DNA of 48,373 nt. Source: an uncultured Holophagales bacterium (GTDB lineage: Bacteria > Acidobacteriota > Thermoanaerobaculia > Multivoradales > UBA5704). The stretch is taken from positions 1-48,373 of the forward strand of contig CAWJGT010000005.1 in assembly GCA_963842525.1 (NCBI GenBank), read 5' to 3'. The notes beneath the pieces are model-generated. The model was not told the DNA's origin, searched no databases, and was given only the letters and a program-made list of their open reading frames with translations. The translations under genes were made by a program, and so were the position numbers. The first letter of the stretch is position 1. Every line of letters begins with the position of its first letter. Shown here in pieces: positions 44,849-48,373 of this stretch.

Positions 44849-44877
44849 ATTGTAGGGCAACAGGCGGCAGGGCGCAA
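44849..44877 (-). promoter_or_regulatory. sigma70 promoter of tRNA-Arg(ACG)
   Basis: TTGCGC-17-TACAAT. Confidence 0.65.
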
Positions 44878-45124
44878 GCCCCGCCGCCCAAACCTCCAAC
44901 AGGACACACAAGCAGCGAATTCCGAGCCTCTCCGGCTCGGAGAGGAGGGCGCGCGAGCAGGGAGGGCTCTCCGGGGCCCCAGACCGGCACCGCTTCCGTC
45001 TACGCGCGTACGTCGCTTGTCAATGCCCGACGGCAGCCACGAAGGGATCGCCATCGATACGATGATGCTGTCAAAGATGCGATGGGTCTGTCAAGGGATT
45101 CCGAGAAAGGAAGGAGGTGTGTGG

Positions 45125-45482
45125 CGGTCGATCCGGGGTCATGGGATAGGCATCGCGAGTTACCTGACAGGCATGCAGCGTCGCTCCGATCCTTGGCGGG
45201 TCACCTCCGACCGATCCAGGTCATCTGCCAAGCATCGCGACCACCTGCCGGGCATCCGAGGAGGTCTGGATCGATCGGGCTCGCCTCGGATGCGTCCAGG
45301 AAGGTCTGGATCGATCGAGGGTTACCCGACAGGCATCGCGAGTCGCCTGACAGGCATTCGGAGCGGCCTGGATCGATTGCGGCTTGCCTCGATGTATTCC
45401 GGGCCGCTTGGATCGATCGCGGGTCACTCGACAGGCATCCGAGTCACCCGATAGGCATACAGATCACTCTGGATCGATCGCA
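45125..45482. repeat. Degenerate 20-21 bp tandem repeat region
   Basis: GGATCGAT(C/T)G at 45268, 45308, 45370, 45410, 45471; GGCAT units at 45149, 45170, 45251, 45332, 45353, 45434, 45454. Confidence 0.75.
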
Positions 45483-45507
45483 GGGCGGGGCTGCCCGGCG
45501 CATTCCC

Positions 45508-46320
<813 letters not shown>

Positions 46321-46340
46321 CGTTCCTCCTCGGTTTCATT

Positions 46341-48045
46341 CTACGCCCGGCGCCCGGGGCGGCCGGCTTCGGCTTCGCGATCTCGTCCGGCTTCACGAGG
46401 CCGATGGCCCGCAGCCGCTGCACCTGCCGGGTGGCCGGCAGCTCCCCAAATACCGGACGAATCGCCGATCGAATCGGCCACCTCGGGGGGAGCAGGCCCG
46501 GCCTGGGCATGGACCGGATCAAAAGGCATCGTCCGCCAGGAGCGCCGTTCCGCGCTCAGCTCTCTCCAACGGGCGAGCTTGCCTGCGACATTCCACTCAG
46601 TCCGTTTGAGGGGCGGCAGACGGTCGTCGCGCACGTCGGCGAAAGCACGAGCGTCATCCCGAGGACGACTGCGGCGGTGAGCCCCGCCGCCAGCTCCATG
46701 CGCCGGTCGGGCCGCGACAATCCCAATCCACAGACGGTCGCCAGAAAAGAAGGCTCAGCGCCTGCGGGCCCACGTAGAAGCGGCCGGCCGGATAGAGTAG
46801 GTCGAGAACAGGGCGATGTGCGCCAGGGTCCAGAGGAGAAGCGCTGCGGCGATCCACGGCGCGAGCTCGGCCGCGCTCCGCCACGGTGGCGGGCGGACGC
46901 CAGAGGGGGATCGCGGCCAGCCAGCCGAGCGCCGGCCACAGGCCGCGTAGTGGTAGATCCGCAGCCCCGGAATGCCGAGGAGCACCCGAGCGGCGACCTC
47001 CAGATGGGGTAGGGGCTTGCGCCCGGGGCCGATCCGGAACGGGCTGTACGGCTCGAAGGCGTAGCGCAGGGAGAAGGCGTCTCCCCCGCGCCCGAAGCGC
47101 CTGGGGACCCAGAGCGATAGCCGGACCACTCCCAGGCCGGCAGCCCCGAGCGCACCAGCACCAGGCAGGTGATTGCCGGGAAGACGGCCGCGCCTAGAAC
47201 GAAAGCGGCGGCGTGCTTCAAGACGGAGCGGAGCCCCTGGCGCCGGAGCGCCGCCAGGAAGAAGACGGCGAGGGGCGGCGCCATCAGCGCTCCGGAGACC
47301 GTCCGCATCGTGGCGGCGAGGCCGAAGGCCAGACCTCCCGCCGCCGTGAGCGCGAGCGCGGCTCTGGCGTCGCCGGTGCGCAGAAGGCCCAGGCCGGCGA
47401 ACACCAGCCCGGCGATGCTGATGCAGGCGGCGGGCTCGTCGCTGAGGAGCGTCTGCCCCATCAGGAGGCCGACCGGGGCGAGGGCCCAGGTCCAGCCCGC
47501 AAACAGGCCGGCGGCCACGGACCACCAGGGCCAAGCGGATGCCGGCGACGGTCCGGACCCCTCACCCCCGGCCCCTCTCCCATCCGCACTCCCGACCTCC
47601 GGGAGAGGGGAGCGATCAGCCAAAAATCGCTGTGTCGGTTCCTCTTCCCCCTCTCCCGGGAGGATGTGAGTGCGGATGGGAGAGGGGGGCCAGGGGGGTG
47701 AGGGACCAGTCTTCGGGTCGCTTCGGCTGCGAGGAGAGCGAGGAGCGCGGCGAGCGCGGCGCCGAAGAGACCAGTCACCTTCCAGAGGTGCTCGGCGGGG
47801 ACACCCAGGCGGATCGCTCCGGCCAGGAGCAGAGGCCAACCCGGGGGGTAGCGCGGGCGCACCCGGTGCGGCCCCACCTGCAGGTACATGCGGCCGGACT
47901 GGGCGATCGACTGGGCGGAAGCGGCGTACTCCAGCGCGTCCGGCCGCGGCTCGAAGCGAGGGCCGCGCGGCTCTGCCGGTCCATACCAGCGCGCCGCGAG
48001 AGCGACCGGCACCACGAGGAGGACGAGGAGGAGGCGAGTCCTCAT
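46341..48045 (-). CDS. Multi-TM membrane protein, GT-C/ArnT-like (several frameshifts; 3' end approximate)
   Basis: PDALEY, RYPPGWPLLLA, LSDEP, GLAATMR segments distributed over three frames. Confidence 0.55.
47559..47704. repeat. ~146-bp palindromic REP/MITE-like element inside a CDS
   Basis: CCCTCACCCCCGGCCCCTCTCCCATCCGCACTC ... GAGTGCGGATGGGAGAGGGGGGCCAGGGGGGTGAGGG, with inner GGGAGAGGGG/CCCCTCTCCC arms. Confidence 0.8.
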
Positions 48046-48127
48046 CGCCTGGCCCCCTGGAAGTTTTGGTCAAGGTGTTGGGTTGTCATGCGAGGACGCA
48101 TTGTAGCGGGGCAGGGGGCCTGCCGGT

Positions 48128-48156
48128 TTGACAGCCTTCGCGGCCTGCCCTACACT
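48128..48156 (+). promoter_or_regulatory. sigma70 promoter of the tRNA pair
   Basis: TTGACA-17-TACACT. Confidence 0.8.
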
Positions 48157-48175
48157 TGTCGTGCGCGTCTTCCGA

Positions 48176-48255
48176 CGGGGCATCGTGGCGCAGCCTGGTA
48201 GCGCACCTGCCTTGGGCGCAGGGGGTCCCCAGTTCAAATCTGGGCGCCCCGACCA
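48176..48255 (+). tRNA. tRNA-Pro(TGG)
   Basis: CCTGC-CTTGGGC-GCAGG anticodon arm, CCCAG-TTCAAAT-CTGGG T arm, CGCCCCG-A-CCA; extra ATC in the 5' acceptor strand. Confidence 0.92.
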
Positions 48256-48298
48256 ACGCCACCGTCAACATTCGAGTCGGATTGGCACGGGATGACCG

Positions 48299-48373
48299 CT
48301 GCCTGTAGCTCAGTTGGATAGAGCGGCGGCCTTCTAAGCCGCGGGTCGGGGGTTCGAATCCCTCCAGGCAGGC
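48299..48373 (+). tRNA. tRNA-Arg(TCT), 3' end cut by window edge
   Basis: CTGCCTG/CAGGCAG acceptor, GCGGC-CTTCTAA-GCCGC anticodon arm, GGTTCGAATCC. Confidence 0.95.

Noticed and set aside
48182-48184. 3-nt insertion in the tRNA-Pro acceptor stem as a novel tRNA feature
   Set aside because: Most likely a sequencing error given the indel rate in this window
48283-48298. TGGCACG between the tRNAs as a sigma54 promoter
   Set aside because: No TTGC -12 element at the required spacing

Overview
GC-rich bacterial chromosome segment, inferred from gene content and codon style to be Acidobacteriota/Thermoanaerobaculia-like. It spans the replication origin: dnaX(3' end)-ybaB-recR, mutY, dnaA-oriC-dnaN-recF-gyrB-gyrA, two TA modules, housekeeping genes (fsa/tal, M20 peptidase, CYTH, HAD, hemH) and a radical SAM/metallophosphoesterase/flavoprotein operon. 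A decayed accessory region (~30.6-44.7 kb) lies downstream of tRNA-Arg(ACG), followed by thiG and two more tRNAs. The main novelty is the gap between mutY and dnaA. It holds three tandem, ~250-bp-periodic, diverged transcription units on the minus strand. Each has a near-consensus sigma54 (-24/-12) promoter, a ~200-nt structured RNA with compensatory stem changes and two variable segments, and its own intrinsic terminator, suggesting an array of an unrecognised sigma54-dependent ncRNA family next to the dnaA promoter. Also notable: an oriC with TTCCGCA-type DnaA boxes and DnaA-trios, a 42-bp palindrome-phased repeat array, a possible RRNPP-like HTH-TPR/secreted GCxxDP[ND]GRC peptide pair, orphan attC sites, and a truncated rifamycin phosphotransferase. 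Many essential genes carry single indels, so the sequence is error-prone and pseudogene calls need read-level checks. All family assignments come from motif recognition, with no database searches.
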